A stretch of 64,000 nt of DNA. Origin: Ostrea edulis (lineage: Eukaryota). Below are positions 23,290 through 35,217 of the stretch, one piece after another (positions within the stretch are counted from its first letter, which is position 1; each line of letters starts with the position of its first letter). The position numbers and the translations under genes were made by a program. The stretch spans positions 37,262,001 to 37,326,000 of the forward strand of contig NC_079171.1 in assembly GCF_947568905.1 (NCBI RefSeq), written 5' to 3'. Below the pieces are notes generated by a model that was given only the letters and a program-made list of their open reading frames with translations, did not search any database and was not told where the DNA came from.

Positions 23290-26200
23290 ATACATGTGTC
23301 AATGCTGGTAGATTTCTACAAGTTTTTGTACAATTAGATAAAACAGAATTTATTTTATCAAATGTGTATGCACCAACTAAGGATAACCCATCAGAACAGA
23401 ATGATTTTTTAAACAACATCTTAAAGCACTTAGAAGAAGAGAGTTCTCAGAATCTGATTCTAGGTGGCGACTTCAATATTACATTGAACCCAAATTTGGA
23501 TAAGAAAGGAGGTGTATTGAAGGAAAATCTAAATATAGAGACAATCTTATATCTTCATTAAAGGATTTAAACCTTGTAGATATATGGCGAGAACAAAATC
23601 CAAATGGTATGCTATTTACGTTTAGTCGGAAAAATCCTATAATATTATCAAGATTAGATTTTTTCTTAATTCCTGCTTTTCTTGCACCACTTTGTAAAAC
23701 CAGTATTAAACCATCCATAAAAACTGATCATAGTATAATTACTTTGAATATAAAGGGTAAAAGTTTCGAAGATAGAGGCCCCGGTTTTTGGAAATTTAAT
23801 TCATCCCTATTAGAAGATGAAGAGTTCGTGTTGAATACAAAACAAAACATTTTACAGCTAAAAGAGAAATATTTTTTTTATGAATGATAAACAACTAAAA
23901 TGGGACACCATAAAATGTGAACTCAGAGGGTTTATAGTAAAATTTTCAAAACTTAAAGCTCGCAAACTAAGAAAAGATGAAAAGAACATAGCTAAGGAAC
24001 TTGATGATCAAAAACGAAAAATGTCGGAAGATCCTACGGAAGAAAATGTAAATAAATATAATGAAATTAAAGAAAAGTTGGAATTGATAAATGAAAATAA
24101 AACAAGAGGTATTATTCTTCGATCAAAAGCAAAGTGGTATGAAGAAGGAGAAAAGTGTACTAAATATTTTCTCTCCTTAGAAAAAAGAAACTATAAAAAT
24201 AAATACATATCTACAATAACGTCAAATAAAGGGGTTTTGGATGGAAGAGAGAAAATATTAAAAGAAGAACAATCATTTTTTGAAAAGTTATAAACATCAG
24301 ATTTAGATTATTGTGACTATAAGAATTATATTGATCAATTTACTTACAATATGAATATTCAAAAACTTGAAAAAGAGGATTTCTTGTCTTGTGAAGGACC
24401 TATTACAGTTCATGAATGTGAAACTATACTAAACACTTTTAAATGCAATAAATCGTCTGGCACTATGGTTTCCAAATGGAATTTTATAAGTATTTTTGGA
24501 AAGAAATTTCAGAATTAATAATTGACAGCTTGAATGAAAGTATCCAAAAACACAAACTGTCCATAGATCAAAGAAAAAGCATCATAACTCTTGTACCTAA
24601 AAAAGATAAAGATAGGACTGTACTTAAAAACTGGAGACCAATATCACTTCTTAACTTTGACTACAAAATTTTATCAAAAGTACTTACTAGAAGAATTAAA
24701 AAGTTTTTACCTCAAACTGTAGACATTGATCAAACTGGATATATAGAGAATAGATTTATTGGAGAAAACATTAGAACTATTTCTGATCTTATACACTATA
24801 CAAGTCTAAAAAACATTCCTGGTTTAATTCTTTTAGTTGATTTTGAGAAGGCATTCGACACTGTAGAATGGAATTTCTTGGATAAAGTATTAGATACATT
24901 TGGGTTTGGAGAAAGTTTTAGACTCTGGGTTAAGATACTATACACAGATATCTCAAGCTGTGTTATAAACAACGGATTCTCAACCCCTTTTTTCAAAATA
25001 AGTAGAGGAGTCAGACAAGGTTGTACCCTTTCTCCATATCTTTTCATTCTTTGTGTTGAGTTACTTGCAATAAGAATAAGAGAAAACAAAAATGTTCATG
25101 GAATCAGAATTGGTGAAACAGAATTTAAGATAAGTCAACTAGCAGATGACACTACCTGCTTTTTAAGTGATGAGAAATCTGGAATTGAATTACTAAACAT
25201 CATTCAAAACATTGTTCTGGACTCAAAATTAATTTAGATAAAACAGAAGCAGTTTGGATTGGGAGTTGTAAAAATTTCAGACCAGGAATCTGACCTGTTA
25301 AGTGGTCAAAAGGTCATTTTTTTACATTAGGAATATGGTTTAGTTCAAATGGTGAAGAAGAAATGTTAAGAAAGAATTTTAATACAAAACTAGAAGAATT
25401 GAAATTAACATTAAATTTATGGAAAATGAGGAATCTAACTCTTATTGGTAAAATCCTACTAACAAAAACACTGGCAATCCCTAAACTCATTTATCAAGCA
25501 CAAGTTCTCCCTTTCTCATCAGAATTAATTAAAGAAGTAGAAAAAGAAATAAATGCCTTTATTTGGAATAATGAAAAGCCAAAAGTAAAAAGTACAGTAA
25601 GCAGTCAAAAAATTAGTAAAGGGGGTTTGAAAGTACCTAAATTTGATATACAGGTAAAATCATTAAGATTAGGCTGAGTAAAAAGAATTTTCACTAATAT
25701 AAAATCAAAATTAAGAAGCATAATTCAATTTTACTTGCAAGATATTGAATTAAATGACTTTATTATCTCTAGAGGATGCATGAATCATTTAGACATTGAT
25801 ACTTTTTTGCCAAAGTTTTACAGTGATATTTTTAGTACATGGAGAGAATTCAGACATATTGTAAATGTTGAACCAGTCGTTTTTAAAGAAAGTTTATGGT
25901 TTAATGACAGTATTAAAATTGACAATAAAGAGGATTTTTGGAAGAAGTGGTATGAAAGGGGTATTTTATATATTGGAGATATTGTAGATAGAGATAAAGA
26001 CTTCCTTAGCCATGAAAAATTAAGTGAAACACACAATTTAAACATATCTTTTTTTGAATACTATTGTTTAAGAAATGCAATACCCTACAGTTGGAGAAAG
26101 CATATTCGACAAAATGATAATTCTTTTATAAATAGAAACACGCTTATACTGAGTTTCAATGGTAATAGGAGTCCCATATCAAACATGACTTGTAAAGATT

Positions 26201-26814
26201 TTTACTGGATTGTGATGGAAAGTATAGCAGAATTACCAACATGTATACCAAAATGGGAAAATATTTTTGATTCAAAATTAATACAGCAAGAGTTAGAGAG
26301 TATTTACAAGTTACCTTTCACAATATCAATGGAAACATCATTACAATCTTTTCAATATAAATTAATTCACAGATTTTTAGCACACAACAAATTGCTGTAT
26401 GCAATGAAAATTAAAACATCATCTTCTTGTATATTATGTGGAAATTTAGATACAATAGAGCACAGGTTTTACTTTTGTGAATATGTTGGTACTTATTGGA
26501 AGCATTTCCAAACTTGGTGGAATAGATTAAACATTACTTATATAAATGATATCTCTTATCAAGACATAATATTTGGATTTTATGAAGAAAAGTGTGAAAG
26601 TCTGAATTATTGTATACTGCTTTCTAAATATTATATACAGTTTGTGTTTAATTCAGATACAGGGCACAGTGGTCCTTCTTTATATATTTTTTTGCAATTT
26701 TTGAGAAGAAAACTGTTTGTTAAAAAATCGATTTATTGTGGCAGAAGAAATCTTGATTATTATAACCAAGTATGCATATGGAAAACGATAGAAGACAAAA
26801 TAATTTCAATGTAA
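23290..26814 (+). pseudogene. LINE ORF2 (APE endonuclease, reverse transcriptase, Cys-rich C-terminus), disrupted
   Basis: NVYAP, GGDFN, SRLDFFL, TDH (APE); WRPISLLNFDYKIL, DFEKAFD, GVRQGCTLSP, QLADDT (RT); CILCGNLDTIEHRFYFC. Multiple stops and frameshifts; the start of the APE domain is missing. Confidence 0.9.
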
Positions 26815-27556
26815 GATGTATCTTCCTTAAATGAATAAGTTATGCATATTTCATGTACTAGTCTCTCTTTATCTTCAAAGTAATTGTACAATATTGCTAT
26901 TAATTTTCACACAGTGTTTAACATGTTTGTTGAAATATTGAAGTTGCATGTAACATCCTGTTTATATGATAATATATGTCCAAAAAGAGCCAATAAAAAA
27001 AAAGTATCTCATTTTGTGCCAGAATCAATGTTCACGAGTTTCATATTAACTCTTCTCATTTTCATCGATTTTTCTTCAAAAATAAGGCATTACACTTCAT
27101 AAAAAAATTCATTCATTTGAAATTTTGGTATGAATAAAGTAGTTTGTAAATGTTAACATCGTTCCCGATGATTATAGCAATTGCATTTCTTTTAATTCTT
27201 TCATATGTGAAGATAAATGATAAATCCCGGTTTTCGGTGATTTTTTTTAATATCAAAATGTACGATTTTGCCCTCAAAATACACGTTTCCCCTTTGTTTT
27301 GTGCTCTCGATTTTTTTTATATACGCTAGAGGATCCCTTGACTCACCGTTTGAAAACAAAAAAACATTTCTGTTGCAAATAGTTTGAGGTTACGCTATAT
27401 TTTTGGCTAGAATGACTAGACTATAACTAAGGTTTGTTACAACACGTGCATGTAAATGTGGTCTTGGGTATACTTACCGCAAAATGTAAGAGATTTTAAA
27501 AAGCGTTGGTGAACAGTGTCAAGCAATGCGTTCTTTTTTGCAGATCACCAACACAA

Positions 27557-28492
27557 ATGGCATCAGCTCTAGCATTTGCCCAGCACTACATTGAATGTGA
27601 AGAGTGTGAGAAATATCCAGCACAGTTCCTGTGTAAAACATGCCCGGGTCATCTATGCCATTCATGCAAGTCGGAGCACGAGAGGAGAAAAATAACCCAA
27701 ACTCACAAAATTATGTTCCTGTCCTCGGAGAAATGGGATATAATGGAACTTATGTATTGTTCAAAGCACAGAAACGAAAATCTGAAGGGTTACTGCTCTC
27801 CCTGCCAGACGCCAGTCTGTACCCAATGTATGATGGAAACTCATAACGGTCATAAAGTGAGAAATCTTACTACAGCCTACAACACAATCAAATATAAACT
27901 TCTAAAAGAAAAGGAGGAGATAGAAACAACACTTCTGCCGAAATATGAAGAACTATTAGCGAAGGAAAATGAAAAGCAGGCGGATATATCAAAGCGAGCT
28001 GTCGAAGTGCAAAAGCAAATGGAGGATCATACAGAGAATATTATCAAACGTTTAACCTCTATCAAAGAGGAAAAAGTACAGTTACTTCGACAGGAGAAGG
28101 AAAGGGCACTGACGTCAGTTGCAATCTCCAAAACTGAAATCGAAAAACGAATACAATCATTAAACGAAACCAAAACCCAAATATCAAACAACTTAGGGGA
28201 AAAGCCCGGGATTATATTTTTCAAAGCTACAAATGGCAACGCCTTAGATAAAATGCGTCGATATCCAAATTCAATTGAATACAAACTCGATAACTTTTAT
28301 CCCGGTGACATTGAACGAATAACAGAGAATATCGAATTTGGAAACGCCCCTACGTTTAAAATGGAGGGTCCGACGACAATAGAAAGTCAAAAATTACAAA
28401 TTGTTAAAATTAGACCTTTATATAAACCACCAAAGTATGGTTCCAGAGATAAGGTATATGGACGAAAGCCACGGGAAGAAAATTTTCCTTAA
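27557..28492 (+). CDS. Two-B-box + coiled-coil protein with no RING and no NHL (copy 1, 311 aa)
   Basis: Acceptor ttcttttttgcag just upstream, ATG at 27557. B-box1 CEEC..C..C..LC..C..EH and B-box2 CSKH..YC..C..PVC..C..H..H. Uninterrupted ORF. Confidence 0.8.
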   Translation: MASALAFAQHYIECEECEKYPAQFLCKTCPGHLCHSCKSEHERRKITQTHKIMFLSSEKWDIMELMYCSKHRNENLKGYCSPCQTPVCTQCMMETHNGHKVRNLTTAYNTIKYKLLKEKEEIETTLLPKYEELLAKENEKQADISKRAVEVQKQMEDHTENIIKRLTSIKEEKVQLLRQEKERALTSVAISKTEIEKRIQSLNETKTQISNNLGEKPGIIFFKATNGNALDKMRRYPNSIEYKLDNFYPGDIERITENIEFGNAPTFKMEGPTTIESQKLQIVKIRPLYKPPKYGSRDKVYGRKPREENFP

Positions 28493-29136
28493 TTCATTCG
28501 ATGTGTTGACGAATATGATGTCATTGGGTCACTACGTCCATTGATCAAAAAGTAAATGTGAGCATAACAAAGTGTCAAAGACATGACCCTAATTGACTTG
28601 CATTACAATGCAATGTGCCCAACACAGAATAAACTACCCAAATATAAACCCATTTTAAAGTGTTTATTCTGCAATGCACAATGTCCATATGTTCCACTCT
28701 AGGCAGCGCTACTGAAAGACAGGCCCCTTAAAATAGTCTGAATATTTTCAATTATTATCATTGCAAAGCTATATAATAGATATGTAAGCAGATATCGATG
28801 TAAAGGGATGTTTGTTTTGTTGTGTTTTTAATTATCGGTCATGATATTGTGTGATTGTTGATTTACATAAATTTATCTATATATGAAGATATGCGAAAAA
28901 GTGAAACTCTTACTTTGTAATTGATATGCAAGCATTTTTGTATTTATAGCCTCACATGCAGTGATGCAGTATATTAAAATTATTACTCCGTGAACAAATT
29001 GTCAGCAAAGGTCCCATTTTACAACCTCTGTACCTGTACTTTCAGTACCAGGATGGACAGCTCTATACCTCTGGTGCTGTATTGTCTGTTTAAGATAGAA
29101 CATTGGAATGCAAATGCAATTTGTTTACTTCTAAAT

Positions 29137-31420
29137 GTCACAGGTAGATAGTATCAATTTGTCCTTGGAAAATAATATATATATATCCTCATGTATTTTG
29201 TGCTTTGAGGTAGAGAAGCAGAGAGAGGTAGATAGTTGTTGGTAAGCTCTCCACTTGTACAGATTAGAATAAAAGTTATAAAATTAAAATTGATTTGTCT
29301 TCCAAAGATCTTAATATAACCTGAAAATAGGGTTACATAGATCATTTTGGTGCAGTGACCAGGACTTGGCGAAATACTCTAACAAAGCAAAAAGGGATTG
29401 TTTTGGTGGAAACAAAAGACACGACCAAGGAAGGAACTCTTTTCATGACTTAAGTAACTATCCTGAAATTGACATGGCACATGATCTTCAAAACCTGAGC
29501 ACAGGGTCCCTATTGGTAATTATAAAAAACCTAGAAAAGAAATGGAAGAATTAGAACAGAGATTAGAATCGATGGACAAAACTAGTGAAGAAGATCAGAA
29601 ACCTCTAGAACAAGAAGCCGATAAACCCAGTTTACTCTAAGTTCTCCACATTTAAAAAGAGATTCCGAAACATATCACAAAGAGCAAACATTTCTTAGCC
29701 ACCAAGAACCTGAGCACCGAGTCCCTAATGATGATGATGAAAAAGCCTTTTTTTTAGTCAGGTTAATACTATGGCCGCCGCATTATATGTGTCATTATCA
29801 TCCGGTTTGAAGGAGATCGCAAGAAATTTGAACAATGGATAAAAGAAATAGAAAGCAAAATCACGGAATTCCCATCACAAGAAAAGGGCAGTCAGCGATT
29901 ATATTAGGAGATATCTAGATGAAACAGAAGCCACTGAATAAGTACCGCGATTTAAGAGAAATGCTAATAAACAGATTTACAGAAATCACTGACTCCAACA
30001 CGTTTTAACTGTAATGCACAACATAATTCAAACGAAAGTGTAAAGTTGTTTGCGGAAAGGCTCCTACGGATCGCGGAAGACGCGTATTATAGATAAAACC
30101 TAACAGATAAGTTAGTTCAACAGCAGTTAGTAGATATCTTTTGTGACGGGCTGACATATGACTATTTGAGAATGAAAAGTCTTTATGATAACCCCCGAGA
30201 CTTAGAATCAGCAATTCAAGTAGATATAAGAGAATAAAATTTGAGACAGAGTTTGGCAATACGCGAATCAAATGTGTTCGATAATGCAATTAATTACAGA
30301 AGACAGACTTTCCGCTGTTGTGACACGTCACATTTCTTAAGAGATGGGTTTTATAACTATACTCCGAGAGGAACCTATGGAGGTGGACAACGCTCGTAAT
30401 TACAGGTGTTATAGATGTAAGAACTTGGGTCATACAGCAAGGTTTTGCCCCCAAAACAAACCTCAAAATATCAAACAACCAAATGGAAGACAGAATAAAC
30501 CAAGTAGAACAAACATCTCAAAACCGTACAGAACTGTCAAAAATTTGGACATGTTCAAGCAGATTGTCGAAGTCCGAGAAAGTTTGAAAGAACGTGGCAA
30601 ACTCGTGATAGACCGTTTACTCGTAAAGATAGATCTTACGGATATGAAAATGAAATTGTTCGTAGATCAACCGCAGACTGGACTCTTAACCCTCATTTTG
30701 AAGAGAAAAAGAAGTAGGAACACTAGGACGCTCTTCCTTTAAAGAAACCGAAAGGAAGATTAATAGACCTAATTTTGAAATAAATTTGATGAATATCCCT
30801 TGTAGTATATATATTTTTAAAATAAATAAACAAAAACATAGATCATTAGTAGATACTAGAGCAGCGGTGTCTTTGATTAATTAGAAAATGTATAAAAATT
30901 TACCCTTTCAATATAAACTTTCCAAAACAGATATACCTGCTCTCCATGCAGCTATCCGCCGCAGTGGTCTAGAGGTTGAGTGGAAAGTCGGGGTTCGAAT
31001 CCCGGCCGCGAAAGAACTAAGTCGTTAAGACAGGTAGTGACAGTTCCATCGCCAACCGTTCTTCATCAGATGTGAATGTCACTGGTCCTTGGAGATGACC
31101 TTTCACACGGATGTCCCGTGTCATAGTAGGTGTGGCACGCTAAAAAGCCCTCACTGCTCAATGGCCATATGTGCCGAGCATAGGTCTAAATTTGAAGCTC
31201 CTCACCAGTATCGGTGACCTCTCCATATGAGTGAAAAATTCTTGAGAAGGACGTTAAACAAGATACAATCAATCAATCTTCAAGCAGCTAATGGAACTTC
31301 CCTTGTAGCATTAGGCTGGGTGGACATTTCATTTAAGATAGCTGGACTCATTTTGAGCCAAAACAAATATGTGACTTGAGGACTCAATAGGAACATGTTT
31401 CGAGACTAGCTCACTAACAA
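29137..31420 (+). mobile_element. Degenerate Gypsy-like LTR retrotransposon remnant (putative LTR, PBS, gag, protease)
   Basis: PBS-like tggtgcagtgaccaggac at 29348-29365 (14/18 match to the complement of the tRNA-His 3' end). EPMEVD plus zinc knuckle CYRCKNLGHTARFC. Protease-like LVDTRAAVSLI..AANGTSL. No RT seen; LTR limits are tentative. Confidence 0.65.
30955..31277 (+). mobile_element. tRNA-derived SINE inserted in the Gypsy protease region
   Basis: cgcagtggtctagagg, ggttcgaatccc, (aatc)n tail. Diverged 13-bp TSD ctccatgcagcta (30942-30954) / cttcaagcagcta (31278-31290). Confidence 0.85.
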
Positions 31421-33089
31421 CCATTAGTTTATAGTTTAATCTTGGTTTAACCCTTTAACTGCCAGAAATTCTCGAGTTTTCCTTCAAAGCTGGTTAAAAA
31501 GTTTCAAATTGAAATTAAACCATTTTCTAGGCACATTTTCATAATATAACCTATACATGCGTACCGCATGATGCAACGTTTTCCGTCCTTTTTTTCGTGG
31601 AATATCTCCATCCAACGAAAGGATGATATATTCATTCCTTAACATTTAAATATGTAAAGCATTGAGTTTGAATGAATAAACATATGATTTGAGTTCAATT
31701 AAAGATTTATTCTTGAACTACATTATATGCCGCTTCGAAATTGGCGTAGTAATTTACGAAAGCATCAACTGAAAATCGGAAATGGCGGCTTCCACGAATT
31801 GTTTACGTTTGACTCACAAACGGGTTCCCTGTGAACTAAAAGGTGCAGGTTTGAAAGGATGCGTTAGAGATGAATCCTGTGAATAGAAAATTGCTAGAAC
31901 TTTGTTGAGTGGAACTGGCATTCACCTCAATGTTCGATGTCGGTACGAACGGTAAGTATGGGACATGTGTATGATGTGTCATGCGATCAGAGACCAGGCA
32001 AGTAAGGTTCTCTTGAGGTTTCTACGGTTTTCAGGGGGACGGGTGAGTGTTGCATAGGGTCTTGCAAGTTTTGCCAGTGAATTACTAGGGCATTGCTTTG
32101 ATGGTCACTGCAATCCCTGTTATAACTTCGTACGGACGCCTCGTTCCGGTGCCCACTCATGAACATAATATGTCGTAGTTCAAATCGTCGTCGTTAAGGG
32201 TTTGAATTGCAGTCGCTCTGAGACAGTGTGCAGTGTAATTTTGAGAGCATCCAGAATTTCTAGATATGTCAGACATGAATTTCGAAAACTGGTACGCTTT
32301 GACAGACTTTGCTTTGAACCACACTTTCTCTGATTGTGGAGACGCCATTGCAGCTTTGGAACAGTGATTAAATAATGATATGCCATTCTGGTCTGTGACA
32401 TGAAGAAGTTGTCATAGGGTGCGTACTGGACAATTGTCATACCCGGTTGAGTACATTCGCTTATCCTGTGGAACATCAGATGTGTCGAGACCACCCTGCC
32501 AATTCGTTTGCATGGTTTTATGGGAAATTACTCTGTCATTCTCATCATATAAAAACTCAAATGAGTTTGTCATCAGCTGTTGATGAAACTCAAGCCCCCG
32601 TGACACAAAATGGATCGAAATGTCGTACCAGACCCGATAACACAAAATGACGGGATTATCAATAGTGGAAAGGTAGTCAGAGATTTTCAGCAGGTCACTA
32701 CTGTTAACAACTGGCTTGTGCTGTGTAGGCCAGATTTCATATTTTGCTTCAATTTGCCATCAAGGATGGCATTTGCTGATTTGAAATTTATATCTCTAAC
32801 AATGTCAAAATTTCGACAATTATCATTCAGATGACTGTTAAGAGCTGAATTTATGGATTTTAGTGTGTTTTTGTGATACCCGTGAGGGTGTTTGCCCTTC
32901 TTGGGGTCAAATTTCAGTTGGACTTCAGCATAGAAGTGTCTCAACAGGCCACAGAGTTCCTCTTTTTCAACTTTATGCAGGTTAGTGTCAGTATTAAGCT
33001 TTCCCATGCTCCAATCTGGAAATCAATTTTGAATTGTTTATTTTGGGGTGTTCTCTCAGTTATTGTTTTATATATTTAACTATTCTTTA

Positions 33090-33365
33090 GTAGCTTAGTA
33101 CTTCGTCACTAGCTTGAAAATACGGATGTATATTTAATTGCTGTTCATTTCATTTCAAAATTAAGGATTATCTCCCTCGTGCATAGCTCTTATCCTTGGA
33201 CGAATTTGGCTCCACTTTTTTGGCACGCTGTTTTTTGGCTATACTTGGCTCCAAAACTTCATAGTTATTTTGGATTTCAAACATTTCGGTTGAGCATCAC
33301 TGAAGAGACATTATTTGTCGAAATGCGCATGTGGTGCATCAAAATTGGTACCGTATACGTTTTAC
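33090..33365 (+). mobile_element. Retrozyme-like repeat in the Crypton intron; hammerhead motif at 33294-33337 with AUG at the cleavage triplet
   Basis: gcatca CTGAAGA gacattatttgtc GAAA tgcgca TG tggtgc. Confidence 0.8.
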
Positions 33366-33428
33366 TTTAAGTATTCGTTAGCGAGACAGACAGAGGAATT
33401 TTATTTCATTTATTTTAACGAATGCATA

Positions 33429-33578
33429 NNNNNNNNNNNNNNNNNNNNNNNNNNNNNNNNNNNNNNNNNNNNNNNNNNNNNNNNNNNNNNNNNNNNNNNN
33501 NNNNNNNNNNNNNNNNNNNNNNNNNNNNNNNNNNNNNNNNNNNNNNNNNNNNNNNNNNNNNNNNNNNNNNNNNNNNNN
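33429..33578. other. Assembly gap (150 N)
   Basis: Run of N. Confidence 1.
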
Positions 33579-33872
33579 ACTCAGTAGCTAAGTACTTCGT
33601 TACTAGCTTGAAAATACGGATGTATATTTAATGCAAATTGCTGTTACAAAATTTAGAAATTCATTTCAAAATTAAGGATTATCTCCCTCACGCATAGCTC
33701 TTATCCTTGGACGAATTTGGATCCACTTTTTTGGCTCGCTGTCTTTGGCTATATTTAGCTCTAAAACTTCATAGCTATTTCGGATTTCAAAGATTTCGGT
33801 TGAGCATCACTGAAGAGACATTATTTGTCGAAATGCGCATGTGGTGCATCAAAATTGGTACCGTATAAGTTT

Positions 33873-33876
<4 letters not shown>
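33579..33876 (+). mobile_element. Retrozyme-like repeat in the Crypton intron; hammerhead motif at 33804-33847 with AUG at the cleavage triplet
   Basis: Same motif, ending ccgtataagttttaca and running directly into (TA)n. Confidence 0.8.

Positions 33877-33923
<47 letters not shown>
33877..33923. repeat. (TA)n microsatellite
   Basis: Direct reading. Confidence 0.95.
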
Positions 33924-33926
<3 letters not shown>

Positions 33927-34789
33927 AGTAAATTTGTTTGTATCACGTTACCTTGGAAAATCTTGACACCCCACTTTGTTTTGCTCTTTGTACCCTTGAG
34001 TTGAGGACCACTTTCGATTCCTTTTAATTCCTTCTCAGAGATTGTTTGAATCTTGGATTGGAAATGACGGGGTTTATGTTCTGGTGCCTTGGCCAAATCT
34101 CTAAGCGCCTCATCATTGGATGTAGAAGTATTTATGATTTCACAAATATTCTGACAATTTTCATCCTCGTCATCAAATTTATTAAAAAGAGAAAGAAGAG
34201 TTTTTTCATCAAAATCAGGTTTCATAACTTCACATTCAGGTTTGTCTTGAAAAATATCATCGAAAGTACCAATATCGAAATATCCTCCATTGGAATCCAT
34301 TTTCAGAAACTGCATAAGCAGACGGGTACGCACGTGTGTTATGTTTTTCCTTGAAATAATCATATTTATTTTATTTTATATAACTAATTGTTTATTTTAT
34401 CATTTATTTTTAATATGTTAATGTTTTGTTGAATGAATTTATTTGGATCGATAGAGTTATTTAATGCACAATAAAGGATCAGAAAATATATAATTCTGCA
34501 GTAAATACATCACAGTTATAAAAACAAATACCAATAACTGAGTATTAATTTCAGATGTATGCAATCTAAATAATCTACACATTAATTTTGGGAGAAAAGT
34601 ACAGAAAGGTCATGGTAGCTTAAAAGATTCTCAAGTTAAATACATGGATACTATAAATGCTATAAAATATAACAAGAGTATCATATCAACTATTTCATTC
34701 AAAATGTTTTAATGATATACATGTACATGTACATGCAAGCATACATTGAAATCCATACATAGTTATTCAGTGAAACACTCGGATGAGGT

Positions 34790-35105
34790 TAAATTCACTG
34801 GACACTTTCTTTTCCCGGTCCTATTTTGATGTACGGTTTTGGACACAACGGTTTTGGACAGGACTGTAGACTGTCTGAAGTGTCCTTACAGTGTGGCCTA
34901 ATTACCTGGTACAGGTACTACTGTCTAGCTGCATCAAGGCCTTTTAGTGCAAGTACTGGCGGCATGGTGGTGTTGTCTAAGAACAGCTGATTTCTCTTCA
35001 TGATGCTGACAAGTTTTTCCTCAGAACTGTTGCATTCCTTCGCAGAGACAATTCCTGGCTTGTTTGCAGATATTTGGAAATGGTGGTACTTTGAAATGGC
35101 TGGTA
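34790..35105 (-). pseudogene. C-terminal fragment of a DNA-transposon transposase (possibly Sola-like)
   Basis: PAISKYHHFQISANKPGIV..PPVLALKGLDAARQ*YLYQVIRPHC..SCPKP resembles the GL..RQWYLY..IR..C..CP.P C-terminal motif. The superfamily assignment is from memory. Confidence 0.5.
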
Positions 35106-35217
35106 TTTTTTAAAAAAAAATTCTATCAATATAAACAGACCAATTATAAAATACCACAGGTCTCTCCTGGTCTTTTATCAGCTAGGGAATGCTGTGCAGA
35201 TTCCTAATTGATCTGCT

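Larger units (their letters stand above)
21170..27003 (+). mobile_element. Tx1/L1-clade non-LTR retrotransposon, near full length, degenerate
   Basis: ORF1, spacer, ORF2 (APE-RT-Cys-rich C-terminus), 3' UTR and aataaa plus A-tail at about 26992-27003. The 5' boundary is approximate and no TSD was found. Confidence 0.9.
32050..34300 (-). pseudogene. Crypton-type tyrosine recombinase (DUF3504-like) gene, two exons, disrupted
   Basis: Exon 1 ends KWGVKIFQ-G|gtaacg (33952) and exon 2 starts ag|AT TGG (33015), giving KIFQDW. Then LLRHFYAEV..KNTLKSINSALNSHL and YTAHCLRATA..HIMFMSGHRNEASVRSY. The 3' end is approximate. Confidence 0.75.

Noticed and set aside
31447-31465. piggyBac-like end ttaa|ccctttaactgccag
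   Set aside because: No matching opposite end and no transposase found in the window.
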